Shown here: one piece after another, positions 44,992 to 54,604 of the stretch
How positions within the stretch are numbered: position 1 is the first letter of the stretch
Layout: every line of letters begins with the position of its first letter
Source: Kribbella sp.
Lineage (GTDB): Bacteria > Actinomycetota > Actinomycetes > Propionibacteriales > Kribbellaceae
DNA length: 64,000 nucleotides
NCBI RefSeq assembly: GCF_035687465.1
Contig: NZ_DASRXP010000631.1
Coordinates: 1,114-65,113 of the forward strand
Direction: 5' to 3'
Notes under the pieces: model-generated
The model's input: the letters and a program-made list of their open reading frames with translations, nothing else
Database searches by the model: none
What the model was told of the DNA's origin: nothing
Program-made: the position numbers and the translations under genes

Positions 44992-46137
44992 GTGAAGTTT
45001 CGCGTCGAGCGCGACGTACTGGCCGAGTCGGTGGCCTGGGCCGCGCGCAGCTTGCCCAGTCGTCCCAGCGTCCCGATCCTTGCGGGACTTCTCGTCGAAG
45101 CGGAGGAAGGACAGATCACCCTGTCCGGCTTCGACTACGAGACCTCCGTCCGCGTCACCGTGCCCGCCCAGGTGGCGGACACCGGGAAGTGCCTGATCTC
45201 CGGCCGGCTGGTCGCCGACATCTCGAAGAGCCTGCCGAACCAGCCCGTGGACTTCGCTGTGGACGGCTCGAAGGCGCAGGTCACCTGCGGCACTTCGCGG
45301 TTCACGCTCCAAACGCTTCCCACAGAGGAATATCCGGCTTTGCCGGACCTGCCGGCCGCCAGCGGGACCGTCCGCAGTGACGTTTTCGCTCAGGCCGTCA
45401 GCCAGGTCGTCACCGCGGCCGGCCGTGAGGACACCCTCCCGGTCCTGACCGGCGTCCGGGTCGAGATCGAGGGTTCGACGATCTCGCTGCTCGCGACCGA
45501 CCGCTACCGGTTGGCGATTCGTGAGCTCCAATGGAACCCGCAATCCCCAGATGCCTCTGCTGCTGCCCTTATCCCGGCCAGAGTGCTGTCCGAAACCGCG
45601 AAAGCGATGACCGGGACCGACATCATCGTCTCCCTGGCAACGCCTGGCAGCGGTGACGGCATCGTCGGCTTCGAGGGCGAGGTGTCCGGCGGCAACCGCC
45701 GTGCCACCACCCGGCTGCTCGACGGCGAGTTCCCGAAGGTCCGCGGCATCATCCCGACGGATTCCGCCATCGCCACCCGGGTCCGGCTCGACACCGCGAC
45801 CCTGGTCGAGGCCGTCAAGCGTGTCGCCCTAGTGGCCGAGCGGAACGCGCCGGTCCGGCTGACGTTCTCGGAGGACTCGGTCACGCTCGACGCGGGCAGC
45901 GGCGACGAGGCCCAGGCGTCGGAGTCGATCGAGGCTCGCGTCGTCGGGGAACCCGTGACGGTGGGGTTCAACCCGACGTACCTGCTGGACGGCCTGAACG
46001 CGATTGGAACATCCGTGGCGCATCTCGCGTTCACCCAGGCGACGAAGCCGGCCGAGCTGACCGGTGTGAAGGACTTCGACGGCGAGCCGATCACTGAGTT
46101 CCGGTACGTGCTGATGCCGGTCCGCCTGAACAGCTGA
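44992..46137 (+). CDS. dnaN: DNA polymerase III beta sliding clamp
   Basis: GTG 44992 lies 9 nt after AGGAGG. VKFRVERDVLAESVAWAARSLPSRPSVPILAGLL...; ends ...RYVLMPVRLN. Confidence 0.93.
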   Translation: MKFRVERDVLAESVAWAARSLPSRPSVPILAGLLVEAEEGQITLSGFDYETSVRVTVPAQVADTGKCLISGRLVADISKSLPNQPVDFAVDGSKAQVTCGTSRFTLQTLPTEEYPALPDLPAASGTVRSDVFAQAVSQVVTAAGREDTLPVLTGVRVEIEGSTISLLATDRYRLAIRELQWNPQSPDASAAALIPARVLSETAKAMTGTDIIVSLATPGSGDGIVGFEGEVSGGNRRATTRLLDGEFPKVRGIIPTDSAIATRVRLDTATLVEAVKRVALVAERNAPVRLTFSEDSVTLDAGSGDEAQASESIEARVVGEPVTVGFNPTYLLDGLNAIGTSVAHLAFTQATKPAELTGVKDFDGEPITEFRYVLMPVRLNS

Positions 46138-46197
46138 CCGTCCCCGGGACTGGGGCGGTCGGAACCGGGATAAGCCAACAGAACAAGGGGATTCACG

Positions 46198-47115
46198 ATG
46201 GAGCTCGGCCTTGTCGGTCTCGGCAAGATGGGCGGCAACATGCGCGAGCGGCTGCGCAACGCGGGTCTGACCGTCATCGGTTTCGACCACAACCAGGCCA
46301 TCTCGGACGCCAAGGATCTGGCCGACATGGTCGCCCAACTGACGGCGACCGACCAGCCGAAGGTTGTCTGGGTGATGGTGCCGGTGCAGGCGATCGATCC
46401 GGTCGTGACCGAGCTCGCCGAACTGCTGTCCGAGGGTGACATCGTGATCGACGGCGGCAACAGCCGCTGGACCGACGACACCCGGCGGGCCGCTCAGCTG
46501 GCGGAGAAGGGCATCCGCTTCGTCGACTGCGGAGTTTCCGGCGGCGTCTGGGGCCTCGAGAACGGCTACGCGCTGATGTGCGGCGGGGAGACCGAGACGG
46601 TCCAGACCCTGATGCCGATCTTCAACGCTCTCAAGCCCGAGGGCGAGTTCGGATTCGTGCACTCCGGCAAGGTCGGCGCCGGGCACTTCAGCAAGATGGT
46701 CCACAACGGCATCGAGTACGCGATCATGCAGGCCTATGCCGAGGGCTACGAACTACTCGAGGCCGCGGACATGGTCGAGAACGTGACCGAGACGTTCGAC
46801 TCGTGGCGCGAGGGCACCGTGATCCGGTCGTGGCTGCTCGACCTGATGGTGAACGCGCTTGAGGAGGACCCGCACCTGTCCAAGATCCGCGGCTACGCCG
46901 ACGACTCGGGCGAGGGTCGGTGGACCGTCGAGGCGGCGATCGACCTCGCGGTCCCGGTGCCGGCCATCGCCGCCTCGCTGTTCGCGCGGTTCGCCTCGCG
47001 GCAGGAGGACTCCCCCGCGATGAAGGCGATCGCCGCGATGCGGAACCAGTTCGGCGGCCACGCGGTGAAGGGTGCCGAGGACCCGTCGTACGCGACGCCT
47101 CCGATCAAGCACTGA
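46198..47115 (+). CDS. gnd: 6-phosphogluconate dehydrogenase, decarboxylating (short form)
   Basis: [15 protein letters not shown] Rossmann motif, [35 protein letters not shown]. This is the usual actinobacterial position between dnaN and recF. Confidence 0.88.
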   Translation: MELGLVGLGKMGGNMRERLRNAGLTVIGFDHNQAISDAKDLADMVAQLTATDQPKVVWVMVPVQAIDPVVTELAELLSEGDIVIDGGNSRWTDDTRRAAQLAEKGIRFVDCGVSGGVWGLENGYALMCGGETETVQTLMPIFNALKPEGEFGFVHSGKVGAGHFSKMVHNGIEYAIMQAYAEGYELLEAADMVENVTETFDSWREGTVIRSWLLDLMVNALEEDPHLSKIRGYADDSGEGRWTVEAAIDLAVPVPAIAASLFARFASRQEDSPAMKAIAAMRNQFGGHAVKGAEDPSYATPPIKH

Positions 47116-47116
47116 G

Positions 47117-48259
47117 GTGTATGTCACCGCCCTGGGACTCGTCGACTTCCGGTCGTACCAGCAGGCGGAGGTCCAGCTCACCCCAGGCGTGACCTCTTTC
47201 GTCGGACCGAACGGCCACGGCAAGACCAACCTGGTCGAGGCGATCCACTACACCGCGACGCTCGGCTCGCACCGGGTGGCGAACGATGCACCACTGGTGC
47301 GGGCCGGCGCCGCCCGGGCGATCGTGCGCACCGAGGTCAAATCCGACCACGAGCGCGATCTGGTGATCGAGCTTGAAATCAATCCTGGGAGGGCAAATCG
47401 GGCCCGGGTGAACCGTGCGCCGGTTCCTCGGCCGCGGGAAGTGCTCGGACTGCTCCGGACGGTGCTCTTCGCACCGGAGGATCTCGCCCTGGTGAAGGGC
47501 GATCCGTCCGAACGCCGCCGTTTCCTGGACGAGTTGCTCACCCTTCGGACACCCCGGCTGGCCGGCGTCCGGCAGGACTACGACCGCATCCTGAAGCAGC
47601 GCAACTCCCTGCTGAAGAGTGCCTCGATGGCCCGTCGGCAGAACCGCTCGGGCGGCTCGGTCGAGGGACAGCTCCGCACCCTCGAGGTGTGGGACTCGCA
47701 CCTGGTCCGGGCCGGCTCCGAACTCCTCGCCGCCCGGCTCGAGTTGCTGGAATCCCTGCGTCCGTTGGTCTCCGGCTCGTACGACACTGTTGCCCGAGGC
47801 AAGGGTGATGCCCGGCTCGAGTACAAGTCGTCGGTGCCGTTGGAGCCAGGAGTCGTGTCGAGGGACCAGCTTGCCGAGGTGCTGTTGAGCGCAGTACAGG
47901 AGCGGCGGTCGGACGAGCTCGAGCGCGGGGTCTCGCTGGTCGGGCCGCATCGCGACGATGTCGTGCTCGGACTGGGGGACTTGCCTGCGAAGGGGTATGC
48001 GAGTCACGGTGAGTCCTGGTCGTTCGCGCTCGCGCTGCGGCTGGCGTCGTACGAGTTGCTGAGGGCGGACGGGGGTGAGCCGGTGTTGATCCTGGACGAC
48101 GTGTTCGCCGAACTCGACTCGCAACGGCGTAACCGGCTGGCTGAGCTCGTGGCGCCGGCGGAGCAGGTCCTGGTGACCGCGGCGGTCGGGGCCGACGTAC
48201 CGGATGAGCTGCGCGGAGCCCGGTTCGACGTCGGAGACGGAACGGTACGGCGTGCCTGA
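47117..48259 (+). CDS. recF: DNA replication/repair protein RecF
   Basis: GTG 47117 gives [19 protein letters not shown]...[16 protein letters not shown] (Walker A) and a signature/Walker B region ...[13 protein letters not shown]. Confidence 0.92.
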   Translation: MYVTALGLVDFRSYQQAEVQLTPGVTSFVGPNGHGKTNLVEAIHYTATLGSHRVANDAPLVRAGAARAIVRTEVKSDHERDLVIELEINPGRANRARVNRAPVPRPREVLGLLRTVLFAPEDLALVKGDPSERRRFLDELLTLRTPRLAGVRQDYDRILKQRNSLLKSASMARRQNRSGGSVEGQLRTLEVWDSHLVRAGSELLAARLELLESLRPLVSGSYDTVARGKGDARLEYKSSVPLEPGVVSRDQLAEVLLSAVQERRSDELERGVSLVGPHRDDVVLGLGDLPAKGYASHGESWSFALALRLASYELLRADGGEPVLILDDVFAELDSQRRNRLAELVAPAEQVLVTAAVGADVPDELRGARFDVGDGTVRRA

Positions 48260-48950
48260 GGACGGGGATCTCCGTCCGGACGCGGACCTGCTCGGCGGGT
48301 TCGGCAGGCGGCCTGTGCCGGATCGGCCCGAGCCGGAACCCCGCGCCGAGCCCTCCAGAACCGAGCCGAAACCCCGGAATTCCTCTGAGAGCGGCTCTGA
48401 GAGCGATGGCGCGAACGATGCGCCGGAGCAGTTGAGCGCTCCCGAGCACGACAAACAGGGGCTGGATCTGGCGAAGTCGTTGGCCGGCCGCCTGAAGGGA
48501 ATGGCGGCCGTAAATGGACCGGTCAAACCGGCTCGGAAATCGCGATGGCGCCGGTCCGCTGGTTCGCAGGTCAGCGGCGCCCGCCCCGACGACCGCGATC
48601 CCCAACTGCTGACGTCGACCGTGGGCCGGCTGATGCGCGACCAGGGGTGGGAGGTCGACGTCGCGGTGCACGGCGTGATGGCCCGCTGGCCCGCGATCGT
48701 CGGCCCCGAGATGGCCGAGCACTGCAAGCCGGAGAGCTACACCGACACCGAGCTCACCGTCCGCACCGACTCCACCGCCTGGGCCACCCAACTCCGCCTG
48801 CTCGCCCCAGACCTGGTACGCCGCCTGAACGCCGAACTCGGCGACGGCACTGTCACCCGGGTCAACGTCCAAGGGCCCAACGCCCCCAGTTGGCGCAAAG
48901 GCCCCCGCACAGTCCGAGGCGGCCGAGGCCCCCGAGACACCTACGGCTGA
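48252..48950 (+). CDS. DUF721 domain-containing protein (Rv0004/DciA-like)
   Basis: C-terminal domain [51 protein letters not shown] 48252 overlaps the recF end by 8 nt. Position after recF. Confidence 0.85.
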   Translation: MPEDGDLRPDADLLGGFGRRPVPDRPEPEPRAEPSRTEPKPRNSSESGSESDGANDAPEQLSAPEHDKQGLDLAKSLAGRLKGMAAVNGPVKPARKSRWRRSAGSQVSGARPDDRDPQLLTSTVGRLMRDQGWEVDVAVHGVMARWPAIVGPEMAEHCKPESYTDTELTVRTDSTAWATQLRLLAPDLVRRLNAELGDGTVTRVNVQGPNAPSWRKGPRTVRGGRGPRDTYG

Positions 48951-49027
48951 CCTAGGTCCAGGTCTGTTGAGATCAGTGGCTGATCGGCTTGTGGTTTGGC
49001 CCGGAGACTCCCCTAGGATCGGGCCCG

Positions 49028-50377
49028 ATGCGTACGCTCGTCGAGGGATTCAGTGAGGCTGTCCGGCTGATCGCGGACACGTTCCGGCTGTGGTGGCGGA
49101 ACCTGTTGCCGTTGGTCACCTGGTTCGTAGCCGGCTATCTCGGCTTCCGTGTCTCCATCCTGGCCGCGATCTGGCTCGGCGAGCATCAGCACCGCAGTCT
49201 GGGCATCGGCCTGTTCTCAGCAGGCGTGCTGCTCCAGATGGTCGTCCTGGTCGCGATGATCCGGATGCTGGCCGGCTCGCTCTACCGCTGGCGTGACGCC
49301 GCGACGGACGAGACGACGGAGACGATCGATCCCACTCAGCAACGACTGCTGGAACTGCTCTCGATCACGCTGCTGCCGATCGTCGCCGTCTACTCCGCCT
49401 GGGGATTCCTCGACGAACGGATCAAGGCGCTGGGACTGGAGTACACCGCCGTCAACGGGATCGGCGGAGACTTCATCCTCCAGGTGAACAACGGGACCTG
49501 GAAGGACTTCCTGCCGGCCATCGTGATCCTGCTGGTGGTCCGGCGGGTGGTGGAGGCGATCGACGACCGCTGGCCGAGCCGGCCGGCGAAGTTCATCCAG
49601 GTGTGGAGCGAGGCCTTCTTCCTGCTGCTGGCCCTGATCATCACGCCGATCGTGATCGACAAGATCACCGGCTGGTTCAAGGACCGCCGGTTCTGGCTCG
49701 GGCTGAGCGACCGGTGGCAGGCCGTCTCCGACTGGTTCTCCGGCATCCACATCCCGGTGCCGGCCGGCATCGAGTGGTTGTGGGGCGTCTTCTGGGAGAC
49801 CCTCTGGCCGTTGTTCAAGGACGGCGTCGGCGAGCCGCTGACCTGGCTGGCGATCACCACTGTCGTCTTCGGGCACCGGGCACTGTCCGCGGGGGCGCTG
49901 CTGAAGGGAACCCGGTTCGAGCGGAGCCTCAGTGCGCAGGCCCAGAGCTCCCAGGCCGGACGGGTCGCAGCGATCGCCGGCCGCGCTCCGGACCTGGTAC
50001 TGGGCGGGCTGAAGGAGAAGTTCTACCCGACGCTGAACGCATTCCGCCTGCTCGTCGGCGTCGGTCCGGTCTATCTGGGTGTCGTCTGCATGGTCTACAC
50101 GGCCTTCACCCTGGCGGACAACTGGACCTTCATCTTCGTGCAGCGCTTGATCGGTGACCCGCAGCAATCGCTCTTCGACTCGACGGCGGCCAACCTGACG
50201 ACCCTGATCGTGGAGACCGTCTTCGAGACCTTCCGGGTGGCTCTGCTCGCGGCGGCCTTCGACCAGTGCATCTCTGTCGGCCGCGCCGTCCGCGCCGAGG
50301 CCGCCGCCCAGACCACGCAGACCACGCAGACCGCGGAGGCCGGCGAAACCGGTGAGCTGGCCCCGGTCAAAGGCTGA
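49028..50377 (+). CDS. Hypothetical polytopic membrane protein (about 8-9 TM), no recognised family
   Basis: Hydrophobic segments LLPLVTWFVAGYLGFRVSILAAIWLG, GIGLFSAGVLLQMVVLVAMI, LLSITLLPIVAVYSAWGFL, AFFLLLALIITPIVI, LTWLAITTVVFG, GVGPVYLGVVCMVYTAF. Native-looking codon usage. Start is ATG 49028 or TTG 48989. Confidence 0.65.
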   Translation: MRTLVEGFSEAVRLIADTFRLWWRNLLPLVTWFVAGYLGFRVSILAAIWLGEHQHRSLGIGLFSAGVLLQMVVLVAMIRMLAGSLYRWRDAATDETTETIDPTQQRLLELLSITLLPIVAVYSAWGFLDERIKALGLEYTAVNGIGGDFILQVNNGTWKDFLPAIVILLVVRRVVEAIDDRWPSRPAKFIQVWSEAFFLLLALIITPIVIDKITGWFKDRRFWLGLSDRWQAVSDWFSGIHIPVPAGIEWLWGVFWETLWPLFKDGVGEPLTWLAITTVVFGHRALSAGALLKGTRFERSLSAQAQSSQAGRVAAIAGRAPDLVLGGLKEKFYPTLNAFRLLVGVGPVYLGVVCMVYTAFTLADNWTFIFVQRLIGDPQQSLFDSTAANLTTLIVETVFETFRVALLAAAFDQCISVGRAVRAEAAAQTTQTTQTAEAGETGELAPVKG

Positions 50378-50924
50378 TCAGAACCCGCTTCTCCGGGTTG
50401 AGCGTCCCGATGGTCGGCGTGATCAGACCGACCAGCCGCGGCACGGACTTGGACGGTACGACGAACACCTTCATCACCTTGGTCGCCTTCCCCCGGGTCA
50501 AAGGGTGGTCCTCGTCGGAGCAACCGGTCGGAAGGGTCAGCCCGTAGACCGAGTCCGCCTCTTTCCAGATGTTGTCCTCGTCGTCCATCAACTGGGTGTC
50601 GCAGAGGAAACCGTCGTTCTTCATGGCCACCCCGTCGAGCGGTTTGATCTCCATCATCGCGACCACGATCGAGGCGCCGGCCGGGACGTTGACATCGACC
50701 TTCTTGCCTTCGGTGTCCGCGAGTTGGGTGTAGACGCGGAGCGACTCGAGCTTCCACTCGATGTCGCCGACCTCGACCGGTCCCCTGCTGACCACCTCGG
50801 TGATCGTGGTCTCCTTCTTCTTCTCCGCCGCATCGAGAGCCGGTTGGACAATGGACCACACGGCAGCTGCCACCAACGCGATCAGGACGGCGATCCTGGC
50901 CGCCAGATTCGTAGCCCTGGTCAT
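50367..50924 (-). CDS. Hypothetical single-pass membrane protein with a beta-rich ectodomain (DUF4352-like by eye)
   Basis: TM IAVLIALVAAAVWSIV, then VEVGDIEWKLESLRVY...GASIVVAMMEIKPLDG...LMDDEDNIW. It converges on the preceding plus-strand gene with an 11-bp overlap. Confidence 0.65.
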   Translation of the reverse strand: MTRATNLAARIAVLIALVAAAVWSIVQPALDAAEKKKETTITEVVSRGPVEVGDIEWKLESLRVYTQLADTEGKKVDVNVPAGASIVVAMMEIKPLDGVAMKNDGFLCDTQLMDDEDNIWKEADSVYGLTLPTGCSDEDHPLTRGKATKVMKVFVVPSKSVPRLVGLITPTIGTLNPEKRVLISL

Positions 50925-51532
50925 GAAGTCACCCGCAGTTGTGGACGCGGCACGAGGTACTCCTGCCCGGTCGCCGTCGAAGCCTTGGCGACCAGGTCGG
51001 CCGCGACGTCTTCGGAGGGGATCCCGAGATCGATGGCGTAGTTGGTGGTGAAGTAGCTGATGAACTGCATCGGCGTGACCCGCAACGTCAGGCCGGCCAG
51101 GTCCGCGGGGTTGACCTCGAAGACGGCGGCCTGACTCTCGGTGAAGCCGGGAGCGGGCGCGGTGGCGCTGGTGGCGCTGGGGCTGCTGAAGGGTTCGTAG
51201 GTGGCTCCGCCGTCAGTCTCGAGACTGAGGTCACCGATCGTCTCCGGGAGATGCCTGCCGGCGACCTCGAACTCGACGGCGACGAAAACCCCTTCCGTGG
51301 TGAGGACTTCATCCGGATCGTCGGACTCGCTCTGCAGTACCTTCTGGGCGAACTTGACCCGGGTGACGGTCAGGGTGAAGTCCTTGCCGGTGAGCGGAGC
51401 GCCGATGCTGCCCCGGACGAGTTGCCGGCTCGAATCGTCCAGCACCTCAGCCGGATCGGCGAGCCGGAGGATGCCGCCGAGCAGGACGAAGACGACACCG
51501 ACGATGACGGTGGTCGGGCGATAGATCTTCAC
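50921..51532 (-). CDS. Hypothetical single-pass membrane protein with a beta-rich ectodomain (DUF4352-like by eye)
   Basis: TM TTVIVGVVFVLLGGIL, then GKDFTLTVTRVKFAQ...EGVFVAVEFEVAG...LSLETDGGATYEP. ATGA overlaps at both ends. Confidence 0.65.
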   Translation of the reverse strand: MKIYRPTTVIVGVVFVLLGGILRLADPAEVLDDSSRQLVRGSIGAPLTGKDFTLTVTRVKFAQKVLQSESDDPDEVLTTEGVFVAVEFEVAGRHLPETIGDLSLETDGGATYEPFSSPSATSATAPAPGFTESQAAVFEVNPADLAGLTLRVTPMQFISYFTTNYAIDLGIPSEDVAADLVAKASTATGQEYLVPRPQLRVTS

Positions 51533-52149
51533 GGCTGCTTCTCAGTCTCCACGGTCGCTGTCATCTGAACCACGACCAGTGCGTCCCCCTGCAGCCACAC
51601 CGGATCGTCCCCGGACACGAGTGAACTCTCGGCTTCGTACGCCTGCCCGATCACGCCGATCTTGACGTGGGTGTCGGTGTAGTCCGGAGCCACGTCGTAC
51701 TCCGCCGTGCACTCGACCCTGGGCAGTCCGTAGACCAGGTCGTAGCCGAACTCGTTCTTGCAGCGGATGCTCGCCTCCAGCGGTTCGCCGTCGCCGACGA
51801 CCAGCAGCATGTCCCGGCCGCTGATGGGGGCGCTGGCATGGGTCTCCTCGTCGGTGTTCAGCGCATCGATGCTGACCACCACCTTCGCCTCGGCCTTCTG
51901 GTACTCCGACTTCGGCGTGCGGACGATCTTCGCCGACTTGATCCCGTACTCGAACCGCGAAGCGTCCACCGAGTACGGCGCGTCGACGGTGTCCACAGCG
52001 GCGCCGGTGCGCTTCTTCCAGCCGCCGAACACGAGGATCACCAGGGCCAGGATGACCACGACGGCGAGGGCGATGAGCCATTTGCGGCGGTGTCGATGGA
52101 TCACCCGATCGGCGATCATGGCGTCGATGACGTCGTCCAGGCTTTCCAC
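51529..52149 (-). CDS. Hypothetical single-pass membrane protein with a beta-rich ectodomain
   Basis: TM WLIALAVVVILALVILVFGGW, then FEYGIKSAKIVRTPKS...KVVVSIDALNTDEE...MLLVVGDGEPLEAS. GTG start at 52149. First gene of a three-gene overlapping operon. Confidence 0.6.
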   Translation of the reverse strand: MESLDDVIDAMIADRVIHRHRRKWLIALAVVVILALVILVFGGWKKRTGAAVDTVDAPYSVDASRFEYGIKSAKIVRTPKSEYQKAEAKVVVSIDALNTDEETHASAPISGRDMLLVVGDGEPLEASIRCKNEFGYDLVYGLPRVECTAEYDVAPDYTDTHVKIGVIGQAYEAESSLVSGDDPVWLQGDALVVVQMTATVETEKQP

Positions 52150-52459
52150 CCGGCTGATCCTAAGGGCCGCCGGGTGCGGGGCACCGGGTCTCGCCGATCA
52201 GACTGTCAGTGGCAATCCGATCAGAAGCCACTGAGGGGCCGTGAGCGCTTTCCGAGCCCCCACCCGCGATAGGGGACATGGCCAGGAGGGCGAAAAGACG
52301 CCCTGGCATGAGTTTCAGCCGCCTCATGGCAGGTTCTGCTTCGGTCGACAGGTAGACTGGAGCCATTGAGAAAGCCGCTCTGCTGATGAACACAGTATGA
52401 GCGGCTTCCATTGTGCATCGATGCCCCGTTCACGCGGGGTCCGAGGAGGACAACAGCCG

Positions 52460-54505
52460 GTGACCGACGAGCCGACCGAGACCGATGAAATCCAGTCCGC
52501 CGACAGCACCGGCACCGAAGTCGAACTACCTGAGCTGAGTGAGATCCAGTCCAGCGTCGTCGAGACGGCGTACGACGCGAGCGCGATCCAGGTCCTCGAG
52601 GGCCTCGACGCGGTGCGCAAACGGCCGGGTATGTACATCGGGTCGACCGGTGAGCGGGGTCTGCACCACCTCGTCTACGAGGTCGTCGACAACGCGGTGG
52701 ACGAGGCGCTGGCCGGGTACTGCGACAAGATCATCATCACCCTGCTGCCCGACGGCGGCGTCCGGGTCGTCGACAACGGCCGTGGCATCCCCGTCGACAT
52801 CGTCGAGTCCGAGGGCAAGCCGGCCGTCACCGTCGTCCTGACGGTGCTGCACGCGGGTGGCAAGTTCGGTGGCGGCGGCTACAAGGTGTCCGGTGGTCTG
52901 CACGGCGTCGGTGTCTCCGTGGTGAACGCGCTGTCCTCCCGGCTCCAGGTCGACGTTCGGAAGAACGACAAGCTGTACACCCAGTCCTTCACCGTCGGCG
53001 TCCCGGACGCGGACCTGGCCGAGATCGGTACGTCGGACTCCACCGGCACCACGATCACCTTCTGGCCGAGCCCGGATGTCTTCGAGACGACGACGTACTC
53101 GTTCGAGACGCTGTCCACCCGGTTCCGCGAGTACGCGTTCCTGAACAAGGGCCTCGAACTGGTGATCCGGGACGAGCGTCCGGACCACACCGCCGAGGGC
53201 CAGCCGGTCGAGCAGTCGTTCAAGTACGACGACGGCCTGATCGACTACGTCAAGTACCTGACCGGCATCCGCGAGACCGTGCACAACCACGTGATCGCGT
53301 TCGAGGCGGCCCAGGGCGACGACAGTCTCAGCCTCGAGGTGGCGATGCAGTGGAGCGGTTCCTTCCAGGAGTCGGTGCACACTTTCGCGAACACGATCAA
53401 CACGCACGAGGGCGGCACCCACGAAGAGGGTTTCCGGGCCGCGCTCACCTCACTGGTCAACTCGTTCGCCGAGGACCAGGGCATGATCAAGAGGAAAGAG
53501 GACAGGCTCACCGGCGACGACATCCGGGAGGGCCTGACCGCGATCATCTCGGTCAAGCTCGGCAATCCGCAGTTCGAGGGCCAGACGAAGACCAAGCTCG
53601 GCAACACCGAGGTGAAGGGTTTCGTCCAGCGGGTCGTCAACGACCGGCTCGGCGCCTGGTTCGAGCAGAACCCGGCCGAGGGCCGCGACATCATCCGCAA
53701 GGCCACCGCGGCCGCGAGTGCCCGGATCGCCGCCCGCAAGGCGCGCGAGCTGGCCCGCAACCGCAAGGGACTGCTCGGCGGCGGCGGGCTGCCGGGCAAG
53801 CTGTCCGACTGCCAGTCGACGAACCCGGAGGAGTGCGAGGTCTACATCGTCGAGGGTGACTCGGCCGGTGGCTCCGCCAAGGGTGGCCGGGACCCGAAGT
53901 TCCAGGCCATCCTGCCGATCCGTGGCAAGATCCTGAACGTCGAGAAGGCCCGGATCGACAAGGTCCTGCAGAACAACGAGGTCCAGGCGATCATCTCCGC
54001 CCTCGGTACCGGCATCCACGAGGACTTCGACGAGGAGAAGCTGCGGTACCACAAGATCGTGATCATGGCCGACGCCGATGTCGACGGCCAGCACATCCGG
54101 ACGCTGCTGCTCACCCTGCTGTTCCGCTTCATGCGCCCGCTGATCGAGCGCGGCCACGTGTACGCCGCCCAGCCGCCGCTGTACAAGATCCGCTGGAGCA
54201 ACTCGGCGCACGAGCTGGCCTACACCGAGCGCGAGAAGGACGGCCTGATGGTGGCCGGCCACGAGGCGGGCAAGAAGCTGCCGAAGGAGAACGCCACCCA
54301 GCGGTACAAGGGTCTGGGTGAGATGAATCCCCAGGAGCTGTGGGAGACCACGATGGACCCGGCCAACCGGGTGCTGCTGCAGATCACCCTGGACGACGCA
54401 GCCCGCGCCGACGAGACCTTCGCGACCCTGATGGGCGACGACATCGAGGCCCGACGCAACTTCATTCAGCGCAATGCCAAGGACGTTCGCTTCCTTGACA
54501 TCTAG
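52460..54505 (+). CDS. gyrB: DNA gyrase subunit B
   Basis: [46 protein letters not shown], the Toprim motif [15 protein letters not shown], and PLYK. GTG 52460 lies 8 nt after GAGGAGGA; the tracked start at 52397 is less likely. Confidence 0.93.
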   Translation: MTDEPTETDEIQSADSTGTEVELPELSEIQSSVVETAYDASAIQVLEGLDAVRKRPGMYIGSTGERGLHHLVYEVVDNAVDEALAGYCDKIIITLLPDGGVRVVDNGRGIPVDIVESEGKPAVTVVLTVLHAGGKFGGGGYKVSGGLHGVGVSVVNALSSRLQVDVRKNDKLYTQSFTVGVPDADLAEIGTSDSTGTTITFWPSPDVFETTTYSFETLSTRFREYAFLNKGLELVIRDERPDHTAEGQPVEQSFKYDDGLIDYVKYLTGIRETVHNHVIAFEAAQGDDSLSLEVAMQWSGSFQESVHTFANTINTHEGGTHEEGFRAALTSLVNSFAEDQGMIKRKEDRLTGDDIREGLTAIISVKLGNPQFEGQTKTKLGNTEVKGFVQRVVNDRLGAWFEQNPAEGRDIIRKATAAASARIAARKARELARNRKGLLGGGGLPGKLSDCQSTNPEECEVYIVEGDSAGGSAKGGRDPKFQAILPIRGKILNVEKARIDKVLQNNEVQAIISALGTGIHEDFDEEKLRYHKIVIMADADVDGQHIRTLLLTLLFRFMRPLIERGHVYAAQPPLYKIRWSNSAHELAYTEREKDGLMVAGHEAGKKLPKENATQRYKGLGEMNPQELWETTMDPANRVLLQITLDDAARADETFATLMGDDIEARRNFIQRNAKDVRFLDI

Positions 54506-54526
54506 CACCGTCTTGATATCTGAGGG

Positions 54527-54549
54527 TCGCCAGGGTCCTGCCCTGGCGA
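54527..54549 (+). other. Hairpin in the gyrB-gyrA spacer
   Basis: TCGCCAGGG-TCCTG-CCCTGGCGA: a 9-bp stem and 5-nt loop, with no U-tract. Function unknown. Confidence 0.3.
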
Positions 54550-54604
54550 ACCACTCGCAGCGCCGACCTCACCGACGTACTGACTTGAACGGGACGAGCA
54601 CCAG

